From positions 16,347 to 80,346 of the forward strand of contig CALWYZ010000012.1 in assembly GCA_944385895.1 (NCBI GenBank): a DNA stretch of 64,000 nucleotides, written 5' to 3'. The stretch's first letter is position 1, and each line of letters opens with the position of its first letter. A program made the position numbers and the translations under genes. The DNA comes from an uncultured Clostridia bacterium (GTDB taxonomy: Bacteria > Bacillota > Clostridia > Oscillospirales > QAKW01). Under the pieces are notes generated by a model. The model ran no database searches. It was not told the DNA's origin and worked only from the letters and a program-made list of their open reading frames with translations. Below, one piece after another: positions 10,701 through 21,310 of the stretch.

Positions 10701-10889
10701 AAGACCTGTGCGTGTATGCATATGGAATCCGCCAAAGCCCATATCTTTGAAGTGCTCGATCTGTTCCATAAGCTGATTCTTTTCAAGCTTTGTATTCCAT
10801 GACCAGAACGGCGCCGCACGGTATTCGGATGTAGGATGTCTGAACAGCTGTTCAGACAAGACTTTTTCAATGTTTTTCTTATACAGCAT
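7788..10889 (-). CDS. Large glycoside-hydrolase-like protein (jelly-roll / GH2 sugar-binding-like family), substrate unknown
   Basis: I moved the start to ATG 10889, which is preceded by GGAGGA. The N-terminus 'YRAAPFWSWNTKLEKNQLMEQIEHFKDMGFGGFHMHTRTGL' is characteristic of this glycosylhydrolase-like family. A divergent AraC regulator is adjacent. Confidence 0.6.
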   Translation of the reverse strand: MLYKKNIEKVLSEQLFRHPTSEYRAAPFWSWNTKLEKNQLMEQIEHFKDMGFGGFHMHTRTGLDTEYLGDEFMEMIKACCDKAEQEEMLAWLYDEDRWSSGPAGGKVTVNKKFRRKRLALFTEDKGWNTPKAQAIETGEPYLLACYDIVLDNDGYLLSGNRIGINDKAVGTKWYAYAVNEKESTWFNGQTYVDAMDAEAIQEFINVTHSRYNDVIGDRFDKSVPAIFTDEPNLNHEDSCTIPTPDYKGRIITGWTRFFEENFKKAYGYDILDELAKLFWITRDRSDSIIKYNYFDFAAEQFSVNFCGQIGQWCDSHKISFTGHLLREPGLESQSITCGETMRSYGKFGIPGIDMLCDEIELTTAKQTQSAVHQYGKEGMLSELYGVTNWDFDFRGHKFQGDWQAALGVTVRVPHLAWLSMAGEAKRDYPAAIGYQSPWYKEYPIIENHFARINTALTRGVPIVKIGVIHPVESYWICAGPNSQMSVQVNALESGFENITSWLLESHLDFDYICESQLPVMSDSANPKSVGKMSYDAIVIPGCLTLRKSTVKYLEAFAAAGGKVIFAGSCPEYIDGVKSSGCKTLFDNSTNVSFDRASICDALAKFRTVGLSFKNGNEASNLIYNYRQDTDCRWLFVAHCKKPESGRHAVGTQYDVVSADSVIISVKGKFTPIEYDTMTGDIRPIKSTYENGNTVISRELNCLDSLLIKLVSYCDTVIPHKKEFVELDKYDIKSAVDYKLSEKNVLLLDIAEYAFDNGDYQPKEDVLRIDNKFRKLLDYPGRTGALAQPYTMKKEPETHILHLRYQFESEISVKNALLALEDAEKVTIHLNGQTVPNNVIGYFTDRSIKTVKLPEIKPGKNILVLDLPFGKRTNVEWCYILGDFGVHVCGCESIIAALSPKIGFGDITSQGLPFYGANVTYITEIEMPCDGAVKVHASDYRGSLIGVSIDGERVGSIVLPPYDCIIENVTKGKHKLELTIFGNRHNSFGALHSVNTSQRWFGPNVWRTGSDDWSYEYNLKKFGILKSPVITLMK

Positions 10890-10984
10890 GACTTGTTCCT
10901 CCGATCTATATATTGACTTTATTATATTCAGTAGTTTATAATAAAACAAGAGTCTTTTTTTCTTCTTTATGGGGTGATTTTGAT

Positions 10985-11830
10985 ATGACTTACAGATTTG
11001 AAGAGCTTGCCGCAAATAAATTTCACATATCCATAGCAGCAAGTCAGGAATGTGCAATGCACGGGCATGATTTTTTGGAATTCTCTTATGTAAAAAGCGG
11101 AAAAATAGAACATAATATTGACGGTAACACTTCCATTGTAAATGCGGGAGAGTACTTTATCGTCGACTACGGCACGATGCATGAGTATAAATCGATATCG
11201 GACAAACCGCTTGTTATAATAAACATTCTATTCTATCCTGAATTTATTGACAGGGTACTCACAGGCTACCGCAGTTTCAAAGATGTGGTCAACTCCTATC
11301 TGATACGCTTCAGTTATAAAACACTTAAGTTTTCACCCACCGGCAAGACATTTACAGACAAGGACGGCAAAATACTGAAAATAGTTTCTGAGCTTACGGA
11401 AGAGTACAACGAAAAGAAGTACGGATATATTGAGTATATACGATGTCTGGTTGTCGAAATGCTTATTTTAACAATGCGTAAAATCGGCAAAAACAATAAA
11501 CAAAGCGGTAAAAGCGATGTGGTAATTGAAATAACAGAATATATAAAAAACCATTACATGAATAAGATACGTCTATCTGACATTGCAAAAAGATACAACT
11601 ACTCTCTATCACACATATCACGTAAATTTTCACAAGAAATGGGTATGAGTTTTGCGGAATATCTACAGCGTACCCGCATTGAACAAAGTTGTCACATGCT
11701 GGAAAACAGTGATAAAAAAATTAATGAGATCGCTTCACTATGCGGTTATGATAATATCAAATTTTTTAACAAAGTATTTAAGAGCACTCTTAAAATTACC
11801 CCTCGCGAGTTTAAAAACCTATACAAGTAA
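10985..11830 (+). CDS. AraC-family transcriptional regulator (cupin sensor + HTH)
   Basis: I moved the start to ATG 10985. The C-terminal AraC HTH reads 'IRLSDIAKRYNYSLSHISRKF...INEIASLCGYDNIKFFNKVFKSTLKITPREFK'. The N-terminal cupin-like region reads 'HGHDFLEFSYVKSG'. Confidence 0.85.
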   Translation: MTYRFEELAANKFHISIAASQECAMHGHDFLEFSYVKSGKIEHNIDGNTSIVNAGEYFIVDYGTMHEYKSISDKPLVIINILFYPEFIDRVLTGYRSFKDVVNSYLIRFSYKTLKFSPTGKTFTDKDGKILKIVSELTEEYNEKKYGYIEYIRCLVVEMLILTMRKIGKNNKQSGKSDVVIEITEYIKNHYMNKIRLSDIAKRYNYSLSHISRKFSQEMGMSFAEYLQRTRIEQSCHMLENSDKKINEIASLCGYDNIKFFNKVFKSTLKITPREFKNLYK

Positions 11831-11876
11831 AAAGGCACTGTGTAAAGAATCATAGCTTTACACAATGCTTTTTTTA
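11831..11876. terminator. Bidirectional terminator between the AraC gene (+) and dapF (-)
   Basis: GCACTGTGTAAAG-aatcata-CTTTACACAATGC (one mismatch) flanked by an A-run and a T-run. Confidence 0.8.
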
Positions 11877-12671
11877 TATCTCTATCTCGCCGTCAAATAC
11901 AAATTCAGCCGGTCCGGTCATAAAAATTTCGGATTTTAGAGTTATCTCCAGGCTGCCGCCCTTCAAAAAAACAGTAACAGGCGTGCCAGCCTGACATTTT
12001 CCCTGTTCAATCGCTGCCGCCACACAGGCACATGCTCCCGTTCCGCAAGCCATGGTCTCTCCGCTGCCGCGTTCCCATACCCGCATCCGCAATGTACGGC
12101 TATCAATTATCTCTGCAAATTCAACATTTGTTCGGTCTGGAAAAAGATGCGTCATATTTTCAATCCGCCTGCCTACTCCCGCTACATCAAAGTTTAAAAC
12201 ATCTTTTATAAATATAACACAGTGCGGATTTCCCATTGAAATGTCAGTATAGCAGTACCTTACACCTGAAATCGGTTCTGTCTCTCCTTTGCCGCGTATA
12301 ACAGGCTTTCCCATGTTAACAGTCACCGATTCAACCCTTCCATCGGATACCGACAAGTCAAGCTGCTTTACACCTGATAAAGTTTCGATATTCAATCGGG
12401 TTTTAGCGGTAAGCTTACGGTCATATACATATTTACCTACACACCGGATTGCATTACCACACATAGCACCTTCAGAACCATCAGCATTAAACATACGCAT
12501 TTTGAAATCAGCTATATCCGATTTACATATCAAGACAATACCGTCACCGCCAATACCGGTGTGTCTGTCAGAAAGAGAAACAGCAAGCTGCGGTATATTT
12601 CCCGGTTGTTTGGCCGTACAATCAATATAAATATAATCGTTTGCACAGCCGTGCATTTTGGTAAACTTCAT
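11874..12671 (-). CDS. dapF: Diaminopimelate epimerase
   Basis: 'MKFTKMHGCANDYIYID', with catalytic Cys motifs 'MCGNAIRC' and 'MACGTGACA'. Confidence 0.92.
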   Translation of the reverse strand: MKFTKMHGCANDYIYIDCTAKQPGNIPQLAVSLSDRHTGIGGDGIVLICKSDIADFKMRMFNADGSEGAMCGNAIRCVGKYVYDRKLTAKTRLNIETLSGVKQLDLSVSDGRVESVTVNMGKPVIRGKGETEPISGVRYCYTDISMGNPHCVIFIKDVLNFDVAGVGRRIENMTHLFPDRTNVEFAEIIDSRTLRMRVWERGSGETMACGTGACACVAAAIEQGKCQAGTPVTVFLKGGSLEITLKSEIFMTGPAEFVFDGEIEI

Positions 12672-12707
12672 ACTTTCTCCTGTAAAGAGGTTATTGCCTC
12701 TGTTTAA

Positions 12708-13979
12708 TCACATTTCAATATACTGTTCACGCTCAGGGCCTACGGAAATGTACTTTATAGGGCACTCCATTTTATCCTGAATATATTTTATGTATTTTTT
12801 GGCATTTTCAGGCAGTTCTTCAAAGTTACGGCAGCCAGAAATATCAGTCATCCAGCCATCAAAATATTGATAAACAGGTTTTGCTATATCAAGATCTTGT
12901 CCTGTTGGAAATTTTTCAGTCTTTACCCCGTTTATATCATATGACACACAGACAGGAATTTTTTCAAGATATGAGAGTATATCAAGTTTAGTAAGAGCAA
13001 GGCATGTTGCACCTTGAATCAATGTCCCGTAGCGTGATGCAACAACATCAAATCCGCCAACACGTCTGGGGCGTCCTGTAGCAGCGCCGTATTCTCCTCC
13101 TGCTTTACGGAGTTTGTCACCGTCCTGACCGAATAATTCACATGTAAAAGGACCTTCTCCTACACAGCTTGAGTATGCTTTTATAATACCTATGCTCTCA
13201 TCAAGTCTCATATACGGTATACCGGCTCCGATAGGCGCGTATGCCGCTATAACCGATGAAGATGAGGTGTACGGATATATTCCGAAATCTATATCTCTAA
13301 GTGCACCGAGCTGAGCTTCAAACATTATCTTTTTACCGTCATGAGCCGCACTGCCTAGAAACTCAGTAGTGTTGCATATATAATCCCTGAACGGCATCGC
13401 ATATGTCTCTATCCAGGAAATCATTTCATCGGCTGAAATAGGCTCATGATGATATCCACCCTCTACGGTAAGATTTTTCCATTCAACAATATCGACTAAT
13501 TTTTGTTTCATATAATCAGGATGTAAAAGATCGCCCATTCTAATTGTTTTTTTCATATATTTATCAGAATATACAGGTGCTATACCGCGTCTGGTAGAGC
13601 CGAATTTTTTGTCGGCAAGTCTGTCTTCCTCAAGGCAGTCAAGCAGCTTATGATATGGCATACAAATCGTTGCCATATGGCTGATTTTCAAATGTTGGGG
13701 TGTTATGGTAATACCACCCTTGCGAAGATTCTCAACCTCATGGAAAAGATGCTCAACATCTATTACCATACCTGGGCCCATTACATTTATAGTACTATCA
13801 CGAAGGATTCCTGACGGCAAAAGATTCAGGATAAACTTTCCGCGTTCATTTACCACAGTATGACCTGCATTATTTCCGCCCTGATAACGGCAAACAATAT
13901 CATATTTTTCGGACAGAAGATCGACCATACGGCCTTTTCCTTCATCTCCCCAGTTAATTCCTACTATTGCTGTCAACAT
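12708..13979 (-). CDS. purA: Adenylosuccinate synthetase
   Basis: 'GINWGDEGKGRMVD' and 'GGNNAGHT'; 423 aa. Confidence 0.95.
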   Translation of the reverse strand: MLTAIVGINWGDEGKGRMVDLLSEKYDIVCRYQGGNNAGHTVVNERGKFILNLLPSGILRDSTINVMGPGMVIDVEHLFHEVENLRKGGITITPQHLKISHMATICMPYHKLLDCLEEDRLADKKFGSTRRGIAPVYSDKYMKKTIRMGDLLHPDYMKQKLVDIVEWKNLTVEGGYHHEPISADEMISWIETYAMPFRDYICNTTEFLGSAAHDGKKIMFEAQLGALRDIDFGIYPYTSSSSVIAAYAPIGAGIPYMRLDESIGIIKAYSSCVGEGPFTCELFGQDGDKLRKAGGEYGAATGRPRRVGGFDVVASRYGTLIQGATCLALTKLDILSYLEKIPVCVSYDINGVKTEKFPTGQDLDIAKPVYQYFDGWMTDISGCRNFEELPENAKKYIKYIQDKMECPIKYISVGPEREQYIEM

Positions 13980-14000
13980 ATTTTATTACTCTCCTTAAAC

Positions 14001-15605
14001 TTATTTACTGGTTTTTTCAAGCGCGGTTTTTACAAGTTCTCTGAAAAGCGGATGCGCCTTATTTGGTCTGCTTTTAAACTCAGGATGGAATTGAACCCCG
14101 ACAAAAAAATCATTTTGCGGTATTTCAACTGTTTCCACTATATAATCATCAGGCGACGTACCGCTGATAACAAGACCTGCGTTTTCAAGCTCGTCACGAA
14201 AGTCATTATTGAATTCATACCTGTGTCTATGCCGTTCAGATATGAGTTCTTTATTATAACATCGATACATCTGGGTATCAGGTTTTATTTTACAAGGATA
14301 TGCACCCAAACGCAATGTACCGCCTTTATCAATATTTGCGTGCTGATCCGGCAGAAAATCTATTACCTTATGTTTTGACAATTCATCAAACTCACCTGAA
14401 TTTGCATCAGTCATTCCACATACATTTCTTGCAAATTCTATAACTGAAATTTGCATGCCCAAGCATATACCCAAAAACGGAATGTTGTTTTCACGACAAT
14501 ATTTTGCAGTTTCAATCTTGCCTTCAATACCTCGGTTGCCGAAACCGCCAGGCACTATAATACCATTGCATTTTCCTATGATCTGAGCAACATTATCTTT
14601 TGTAACCGTCTCAGAATCTATCCATTCTATATGTGTACGAGCACCGTTTTCATATCCTGCATGCCGAATTGCCTCAGCGACCGACAAATAAGCATCGTGG
14701 AGTTGAACATATTTGCCCACAAGCCCTATAGTAACCTCTTTATCTCTGTTTTTTATCCGTTTAAGCATCTCGTTCCAATCAGAAAGATCCGGAGCGGGCG
14801 CATCAATTTTCAATTCACGGCAAACGATATCGGAAAAGTTACTGCTTTCAAGCATAATAGGAGCTTCATACAGCACGGGAAGCGTTCTGTTTTCTATTAC
14901 ACAGTCAGGTTTCACATTGCAAAACAATGAAATTTTTTTAAAAATAGACTCTTCAAGCGGTTCATCACATCTGAGCACAATAATATTAGGAGTTATCCCC
15001 ATCCCCTGAAGTTCCTTTACTGAGTGCTGTGTCGGCTTTGATTTATGCTCTTCGGATCCACGTATATAGGGCACAAGCGTAACATGAATAAACAGACTGT
15101 TTTCTCTACCCACCTCAAGGCCTACCTGACGGATGGCTTCCAAAAATGGCTGACTTTCAATATCTCCGGTAGTGCCTCCTATCTCGGTTATTACAACATC
15201 TGCTTGTGTCTTCTTACCAACTCTGTATATAAAGTCTTTTATTTCTCGCGTTATATGAGGAATCACCTGTACAGTCTCTCCCAGATATTCACCGCGTCGT
15301 TCTTTATTCAGCACATTCCAGTAAACTTTTCCTGTAGTAAGATTTGAATATTTATTTAAGTCCTCATCTATAAAACGTTCATAGTGACCAAGATCAAGAT
15401 CAGTTTCAGCTCCATCTTCTGTCACATATACCTCGCCATGCTGATATGGACTCATTGTGCCGGGATCGACATTAATGTACGGATCTAGCTTTTGAGCTGC
15501 GACTTTCAGTCCGCGTGCTTTAAGCAGTCTACCTAAAGATGCAGCAGTAATTCCTTTTCCCAGACCGGATACAACACCACCGGTCACAAATATAAACTTT
15601 GTCAT
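14001..15605 (-). CDS. pyrG: CTP synthase
   Basis: '[17 protein letters not shown]' and glutamine amidotransferase 'GICLGMQ'. The start is probably ATG 15605, with GAGGATTAGGGAA upstream; the ORF-track start at 15620 is an alternative. Confidence 0.95.
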   Translation of the reverse strand: MTKFIFVTGGVVSGLGKGITAASLGRLLKARGLKVAAQKLDPYINVDPGTMSPYQHGEVYVTEDGAETDLDLGHYERFIDEDLNKYSNLTTGKVYWNVLNKERRGEYLGETVQVIPHITREIKDFIYRVGKKTQADVVITEIGGTTGDIESQPFLEAIRQVGLEVGRENSLFIHVTLVPYIRGSEEHKSKPTQHSVKELQGMGITPNIIVLRCDEPLEESIFKKISLFCNVKPDCVIENRTLPVLYEAPIMLESSNFSDIVCRELKIDAPAPDLSDWNEMLKRIKNRDKEVTIGLVGKYVQLHDAYLSVAEAIRHAGYENGARTHIEWIDSETVTKDNVAQIIGKCNGIIVPGGFGNRGIEGKIETAKYCRENNIPFLGICLGMQISVIEFARNVCGMTDANSGEFDELSKHKVIDFLPDQHANIDKGGTLRLGAYPCKIKPDTQMYRCYNKELISERHRHRYEFNNDFRDELENAGLVISGTSPDDYIVETVEIPQNDFFVGVQFHPEFKSRPNKAHPLFRELVKTALEKTSK

Positions 15606-15794
15606 TTCCCTAATCCTCATGTATCCTTATTTTTTAACACTTTTCATATACAGAGTATTATTTCAAATTTCAGATATTTCACAATACCGATTTTAATACC
15701 AACCGACAACTTTAATGTGCCATAAAATTTGACATATTTAAATCAGCAAATATTAATATCAGTTTATATTTTAAATAATACATCTAACTTATAT

Positions 15795-15823
15795 ATTATA
15801 AGGTTAAAGCTTTAGACATTCAA
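15795..15823 (-). promoter_or_regulatory. Candidate sigma-A promoter of pyrG
   Basis: On the minus strand I read TTGAAT, a 17-nt spacer, then TATAAT. This leaves a leader of roughly 180 nt before pyrG. Confidence 0.55.
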
Positions 15824-15865
15824 GACTTTTTTTAATTTTAAATACTAATTATTGAAAAGTAATGA

Positions 15866-15903
15866 ATAAAAAACAGGGCTGCCTTAACGGCAGCCCTGTT
15901 TTA
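15866..15903 (-). terminator. Rho-independent terminator of fumC
   Basis: CAGGGCTGCC-gttaa-GGCAGCCCTG followed by a T-run on the minus strand, immediately after the stop codon. Confidence 0.85.
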
Positions 15904-17283
15904 TCAATAACCATGTACCATATTTTCCGGACGAACAATTTTATCAAATTGTATATCATCAAGTATATTAAGTTTTATGCATGCCTCTTTTAAAGTTACA
16001 TTGTTGTCATATGCATATTTTGCGACTTTTGCTGCATTTTCATATCCTATCTGCGGAGAAAGAGAAGTAACAAGCATAAGAGAGTTTTCTAAGTTCTCTT
16101 GCATTTTAAATGAATTTGCCTTTATCCCTGAAACACAATTTTTATCAAATGAACGAATAACATCTGAAAGCAATTTTATAGAATTCAAGCAATCATATGC
16201 AATGACCGGCATAAAAACATTAAGTTCAAAGTTTCCCTGAGATGCAGCCATTGAAATCGCAGCATTATTTGCTTGAACCTGCAAAGCAACCATGGTAACA
16301 GACTCGCATTGTGTGGGATTTACTTTCCCAGGCATAATTGAACTTCCAGGTTCATTGGCAGGAATCGTTATTTCTCCCAATCCACATCGCGGACCGCTTG
16401 CCAGCAACCGTATGTCATTAGCGATTTTCCACAGATCAGATGCAAGCGCATTAAGAGCACCATGTGCAAAAACTATCGCATCCTTGGAAGTAAGAGAATA
16501 AAATTTGTTGTCTGATTCTTCAAAATGAGTTCCGGCAATTTTTGAAAGCTCAACGCAGACATGCTTCCCGAAACCGATAGGTGAACAGACTCCGGTACCT
16601 GTAGCAGTTCCACCGATAGCTAACTGACGCAAAAAACCAAGCGCACATACCAGCATATCCTTCGATTTTTCAACCATTGATCGCCAGCCACTTATTTCTT
16701 GCGAAAATAAAACAGGAGTTGCATCCATAAGATGTGTCCTTCCGATTTTTATAATATTGCGGTTTTCCTGTTCAAGACGATTAAAAGTTTTTGCCAATTC
16801 TGTAATTTTCTCTAACAGATTATTTTCAACTGCAAGAACAAAGCTCATGTGTATTGCAGAAGGGAATACATCATTTGACGACTGTGACATATTAACGTCA
16901 TCGTTGGGATGCAAAATTTTTTCACCTGCTATTTCATTTCCCCGATTTGCAATCACTTCATTGACATTCATATTTGTCTGTGTTCCGCTGCCTGTCTGCC
17001 ATACTGATAGAGGAAAATGAGCATCCAGTCTGCCGTCTAATATTTCATCACAGGCAGACACTATTGCAGCTGTTTTTTCCTTTGTCATCTTACCCGGATT
17101 CAATTTGTTATTAACCACAGCACATGCCTTTTTTACCATTGTTATGGCATAAATCATTTCCATAGGAATCTTTTCGCTGCCGATTTTAAAATTCTCAAAG
17201 CTTCGCTGTGTCTGCGCTCCCCAGTATTTATCGCACTCGACACGCACCTCTCCCATACTGTCATGCTCTGTTCTATATTCCAT
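15904..17283 (-). CDS. fumC: Class II fumarate hydratase
   Basis: 'DSMGEVRVECDKYWGAQTQRSFENFKIG' and the signature 'GSSIMPGKVNPTQCE'. The WGAQTQRS form favours fumarase over aspartase. Confidence 0.85.
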   Translation of the reverse strand: MEYRTEHDSMGEVRVECDKYWGAQTQRSFENFKIGSEKIPMEMIYAITMVKKACAVVNNKLNPGKMTKEKTAAIVSACDEILDGRLDAHFPLSVWQTGSGTQTNMNVNEVIANRGNEIAGEKILHPNDDVNMSQSSNDVFPSAIHMSFVLAVENNLLEKITELAKTFNRLEQENRNIIKIGRTHLMDATPVLFSQEISGWRSMVEKSKDMLVCALGFLRQLAIGGTATGTGVCSPIGFGKHVCVELSKIAGTHFEESDNKFYSLTSKDAIVFAHGALNALASDLWKIANDIRLLASGPRCGLGEITIPANEPGSSIMPGKVNPTQCESVTMVALQVQANNAAISMAASQGNFELNVFMPVIAYDCLNSIKLLSDVIRSFDKNCVSGIKANSFKMQENLENSLMLVTSLSPQIGYENAAKVAKYAYDNNVTLKEACIKLNILDDIQFDKIVRPENMVHGY

Positions 17284-17296
17284 TTTTTATTCTCCT

Positions 17297-17965
17297 TTAA
17301 CCGTAATTTTCATTTGTAAATTCCGTAAAATCAGGTTTTTCACCGCTTGAACTATGCTGAAAAAGCTTGCCTATCAATGAATTATCCTCATAGACTCTAT
17401 CCCAACAGTTATGTGAAAGATGCGGAAAAAAAGTTATTTCGGCACTTCCCCCTGCAAGGTTTACCTCGCGTACCATTTTAAGACTCTCCTCCGGCAGCAC
17501 TTCTTTATCAAGTATACCATGATATGCATATACCGGAACAGTTTTAAGGCGGTAAGCATGCCAAGCAATTCCACCGCCGCAAATCGGCATAATTGCCGCA
17601 AAAAGCCACGGACGCAAAGACGCAAGCTCCCATGTGCCATAGCCGCCCATACTGTTTCCGGTAAGATATATACGATGGCTGTCAACAAAATCAAGTGATC
17701 GCAGCATATATATAAAATCGATCAAAGTACTCATTATCTCGTTCCAATTAACAGCACAGCATTGAGGCGCAGCTATAATACATTCATGATTTTGATATGC
17801 ACAAAGTTTTGTAAATGCACTGCTGTTTTCAACAATAGATATATCGTTGCCACGAGATCCGGAACCATGTAAAAAAACTATTACAGGATATTTTTTTGTC
17901 TCATCAAATTTTTCAGGTGAGTGCATCAAGTACTCTATATTCTTAAATTTTAGATGTTGTGTCAT
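17297..17965 (-). CDS. Alpha/beta-hydrolase (carboxylesterase / peptidase S9-like)
   Basis: 222 aa with nucleophile elbow 'GNSMGGYGTW'. 'VIVFLHGSGSRGND' and a C-terminal His region are present. Confidence 0.7.
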   Translation of the reverse strand: MTQHLKFKNIEYLMHSPEKFDETKKYPVIVFLHGSGSRGNDISIVENSSAFTKLCAYQNHECIIAAPQCCAVNWNEIMSTLIDFIYMLRSLDFVDSHRIYLTGNSMGGYGTWELASLRPWLFAAIMPICGGGIAWHAYRLKTVPVYAYHGILDKEVLPEESLKMVREVNLAGGSAEITFFPHLSHNCWDRVYEDNSLIGKLFQHSSSGEKPDFTEFTNENYG

Positions 17966-18535
17966 TTATGATCGTACCTTTTTAAAGTCATATCTTATCA
18001 TTGCAACAATGATGGATGTCATTACAATAATTTCAGTTGCTACTCCAGCCCACGAATGATTATAAAAATTATATATAAGCCAACAGGGCGAATTGGGAAA
18101 AGAAAGCTTACGAACAGTAGGAGCATATGTAATCCAAAAAGCGACGGTCGTAAAAGACATACCGATAATAGGCAGCATGGCTATATACGTTGAAATGCTT
18201 GAAAAGCTCGCATTCCATTCAAAAATATTAATATCTCCGTCAAGTGTCAATATGCCTACTGTGACAAATGCTGTAAGGAACAGATAAAGCCAAAATTTTT
18301 TCTGAGCCCAGCTTTTATTCTTATTAGCAAAAACAAAAGCACGAAAAATACCGATAAAATTAAGTAAACTGCCAACATACGCGCCCAGCATAAAATAGTG
18401 AACGGTAAACAACATCGAACTTGCAAGCTGATACAAAACAATTTTTCTCTGTGTCTTCTGCTGAAAAGAAAGCACCATTATTATTAATCCTATAATTCCT
18501 ACAGCCTGGCCTACATAATAAATCACATTTTCCAT
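17966..18535 (-). CDS. YgjV-family inner membrane protein
   Basis: The likely start is the internal Met (MENVIYYVGQAVGIIGLIIMVLSFQQK...). It has ~5-6 TM helices, and the pattern resembles YgjV. Confidence 0.55.
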   Translation of the reverse strand: MENVIYYVGQAVGIIGLIIMVLSFQQKTQRKIVLYQLASSMLFTVHYFMLGAYVGSLLNFIGIFRAFVFANKNKSWAQKKFWLYLFLTAFVTVGILTLDGDINIFEWNASFSSISTYIAMLPIIGMSFTTVAFWITYAPTVRKLSFPNSPCWLIYNFYNHSWAGVATEIIVMTSIIVAMIRYDFKKVRS

Positions 18536-18606
18536 AAAAATACCCATCACCATATTATTACAAAAAGTGATTATACCGCATTTTTCATAAAAATTCAATC
18601 CCAGTA

Positions 18607-18641
18607 TAAAAAAAGCAAAGGTGTAACCTTTGCTTTTTTAT
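18607..18641 (-). terminator. Terminator closing the ilv-leu operon (bidirectional shape)
   Basis: AAAAGCAAAGG-tgtaa-CCTTTGCTTTT with A/T runs on both sides, 5 nt after the ilvE stop. Confidence 0.85.
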
Positions 18642-18645
18642 TTAA

Positions 18646-19710
18646 TTAAACCGGCATAATCCAGCCGTAATCATCCTTGATTTTTCCATTTTGTATTCCT
18701 ACAATGGTATCATAAAGCAAATGAGATATTTCTCCTATTTTGCCATTATTTATATCAATCTCTTTATCATCGACAATAAGCTGACCTATGGGAGAAATAA
18801 CAGCCGCAGTACCAGTTCCAAACGCCTCTTCGAGCGTCCCATTCTCAGCTGCCTTTACAACCTCATCAAGAGCCAATCTTCTCTCGGTAACTTTATAGCC
18901 CTTATCTCTAAGCACCTCAATACAGGACATTCTGGTAATACCGCTTAATATTGAGCCTTCAAGCGACGGGGTTATAATCTCGCCGTTTATTTTGAAAAAC
19001 ACGTTCATTGTACCGACTTCTTCAATGTACTTACGCTCAACACCATCAAGCCACAGCACCTGAGTATATCCCTTTTTCTCTGCCTCATCCTGGGCTTTGA
19101 GTGAAGCAGAATAGTTGCCTGCAGTCTTGGTAAATCCCATACCGCCTTTTACAGCACGAACATATTTTCTTTCAACGTAAATTTTTACGGGATTGATACC
19201 TTCTTTATAATATGACCCTACAGGTGACATGATTACTATAAACATTAGATGCTTTGCAGGATGTACTCCAAGAGCCGGATCCACCGCGATAATGAACGGA
19301 CGTATATACAGAGCTGTATTCTCACCTTCAGGTATCCAATCTTTATCAATTTCCACAAGCCGTCTTATGGCCTCAACACAAAACTTTTCATCGATGAGCG
19401 GAATACAAAGCCGCTCATTTGAAACATTCAATCTTTCCATGTTTTTGTCAGGACGAAAAAGTACAGCACCGCCGTTTTCCCTACGGTATGCTTTCATTCC
19501 TTCAAAAACCTCCTGTCCGTAGTGCAGACACATTGCTGAAGGTTCAAGAGGCAAAGGTCCGTAAGGTACGATACGCGGATCGATCCAGCCTTTTCCGTCA
19601 TAATAATCCATTAAAAACATATGATCTGTAAAATATTTGCCAAATCCCAGAGAAGACGGATCAGGTTTTTGCTTTTTATTCTGTGTAAGTGTCACTTTGA
19701 TTTCCTGCAT
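18646..19710 (-). CDS. ilvE: Branched-chain amino acid aminotransferase
   Basis: 354 aa class IV aminotransferase; 'HYGQEVFEGMKAYR' and 'FGTGTAAVISPI'. Confidence 0.9.
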   Translation of the reverse strand: MQEIKVTLTQNKKQKPDPSSLGFGKYFTDHMFLMDYYDGKGWIDPRIVPYGPLPLEPSAMCLHYGQEVFEGMKAYRRENGGAVLFRPDKNMERLNVSNERLCIPLIDEKFCVEAIRRLVEIDKDWIPEGENTALYIRPFIIAVDPALGVHPAKHLMFIVIMSPVGSYYKEGINPVKIYVERKYVRAVKGGMGFTKTAGNYSASLKAQDEAEKKGYTQVLWLDGVERKYIEEVGTMNVFFKINGEIITPSLEGSILSGITRMSCIEVLRDKGYKVTERRLALDEVVKAAENGTLEEAFGTGTAAVISPIGQLIVDDKEIDINNGKIGEISHLLYDTIVGIQNGKIKDDYGWIMPV

Positions 19711-19726
19711 TTTATTTCACCTTCAT

Positions 19727-20803
19727 TTATATTTTTTCAAGGATTTTCTCAGTCATCTGTACAGTTGTAAGCGGAGTGGCTTTTGATGTACCTACTATAT
19801 CAGACGTACGGTAACCGTCATTTAAAACTGTATCGACAGCATTTTCTATATCATCTGCTTCTTTTTCAAGATTGAATGAAAAACGAAGCATCATAGCTGC
19901 TGATAATACGGTAGCTATCGGATTGGCAATTCCCTTTCCGGCTATATCCGGTGCGGAGCCGTGAATTGGTTCATAAAGTCCGCGTTTTCCGTCACCGAGA
20001 GATGCAGAAGCAAGCATTCCTATAGATCCTGTTAATTGCGAAGACTCGTCGGACAAAATATCTCCGAACATATTTGATGTTACCACGACATCAAACTGCT
20101 GCGGATTTTTTATCAGCTGCATTGCAGCATTATCAACAAGCATATCCGTACAGGAAACATCAGGATATTCTTTTGCCACTCTATGCACGACTTCTCTCCA
20201 CAGTCTAGAACTTTCAAGAACGTTTGCCTTATCAATAGAAATTACATTTTTATTTCTAAGTCTGGCTGAGTTGAACGCAACGCGTGCAATACGTTCAACT
20301 TCCATCTCACTGTAACATTCGGTGTCAAATGCTTCAGGTCCGTTTTTACCGTCACGTCTTCCCCTTTCGCCAAAATAAATACCGCCTGTAAGCTCTCTTA
20401 TCATCAAAAGATCAAAGCCTTTAGCAGCGACCTGCTCACGAAGAGGACACGCCTCCTTAAGTGCAGGATACAGCTTTGCTGGCCTTAAATTTGTATAAAG
20501 ACCGAGAGCCGAACGTATTCCCAAAAGCGCATGTTCAGGACGAAGATGTCCCGGTAAAGTATCCCACTTAGGACCGCCGACAGCTCCCAAAATAACACTG
20601 TCACTTGCAAGACAGCCTTTTACAGTCTCTTCAGGCAGCGGATTTCCTGTAGCGTCATACGCACATCCGCCCATAAGATACTCTGTAAAGTTAAAAGTAT
20701 GAGAATACTTTTTGCCGATTTTATTTAATACTGCGACGGCGCTGTCAACTATTTCAGGACCGATTCCGTCGCCCTTCAGAAGAGCTATATTATAATCCAT
20801 CAC
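19727..20803 (-). CDS. leuB: 3-isopropylmalate dehydrogenase
   Basis: '[16 protein letters not shown]' and '[10 protein letters not shown]'. Confidence 0.95.
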   Translation of the reverse strand: MMDYNIALLKGDGIGPEIVDSAVAVLNKIGKKYSHTFNFTEYLMGGCAYDATGNPLPEETVKGCLASDSVILGAVGGPKWDTLPGHLRPEHALLGIRSALGLYTNLRPAKLYPALKEACPLREQVAAKGFDLLMIRELTGGIYFGERGRRDGKNGPEAFDTECYSEMEVERIARVAFNSARLRNKNVISIDKANVLESSRLWREVVHRVAKEYPDVSCTDMLVDNAAMQLIKNPQQFDVVVTSNMFGDILSDESSQLTGSIGMLASASLGDGKRGLYEPIHGSAPDIAGKGIANPIATVLSAAMMLRFSFNLEKEADDIENAVDTVLNDGYRTSDIVGTSKATPLTTVQMTEKILEKI

Positions 20804-20814
20804 ACTTTCTCCTT

Positions 20815-21309
20815 TTATTTAATTAAACCTTTTTTTACCGATTCAACAAGTCCGCCGCTGAGTATTATATTCTGGATAAACTGCGGAAAAGGCTGTGTCT
20901 TATATTCTTTACCACTGGTTTTATTATAAATAACACCATTGTCAAGGTCTACCTCCAGTTTATCTCCCTCACTGATTGCATCAACTGCTTGGGGACACTC
21001 CAAGATAGGAAGACCTATATTTATTGAATTACGGTAAAATATACGAGCAAAGCTTTTGGCAATAACAAGAGAAATACCGCTTTCCTTTATTGCGATAGGA
21101 GCATGCTCACGAGATGAGCCGCAGCCAAAATTAAATCCTGCGACCATAATATCTCCCTTTTGTACACGTGAGATAAAAGTCTTATCAAGATCCTCCATGC
21201 AGTGGGAGGCAAGTTCTTTTTTGTCAATGGTATTCAGATATCTTGCTGGAATGATTACATCTGTATCAACATTATCTCCGTATTTTATGACCTTTCCTTC
21301 AAACTTCAT
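20815..21309 (-). CDS. leuD: 3-isopropylmalate dehydratase small subunit
   Basis: 164 aa; '[15 protein letters not shown]' and '[10 protein letters not shown]'. Confidence 0.95.
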   Translation of the reverse strand: MKFEGKVIKYGDNVDTDVIIPARYLNTIDKKELASHCMEDLDKTFISRVQKGDIMVAGFNFGCGSSREHAPIAIKESGISLVIAKSFARIFYRNSINIGLPILECPQAVDAISEGDKLEVDLDNGVIYNKTSGKEYKTQPFPQFIQNIILSGGLVESVKKGLIK

Positions 21310-21310
21310 A

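Noticed and set aside
10890-11057. N-terminal 56-codon extension of the glycoside-hydrolase-like ORF, and a 24-codon extension of the AraC ORF (10913-10984)
   Set aside because: The extensions run through the divergent promoter region and overlap each other. The internal ATGs at 10889 and 10985 have proper RBSs and give family-typical N-termini.
13860-15347. Several 100-170-aa plus-strand ORFs (13860-14378, 14451-14930, 14713-15009, 15045-15347)
   Set aside because: All are antisense to purA or pyrG, whose identities are certain.
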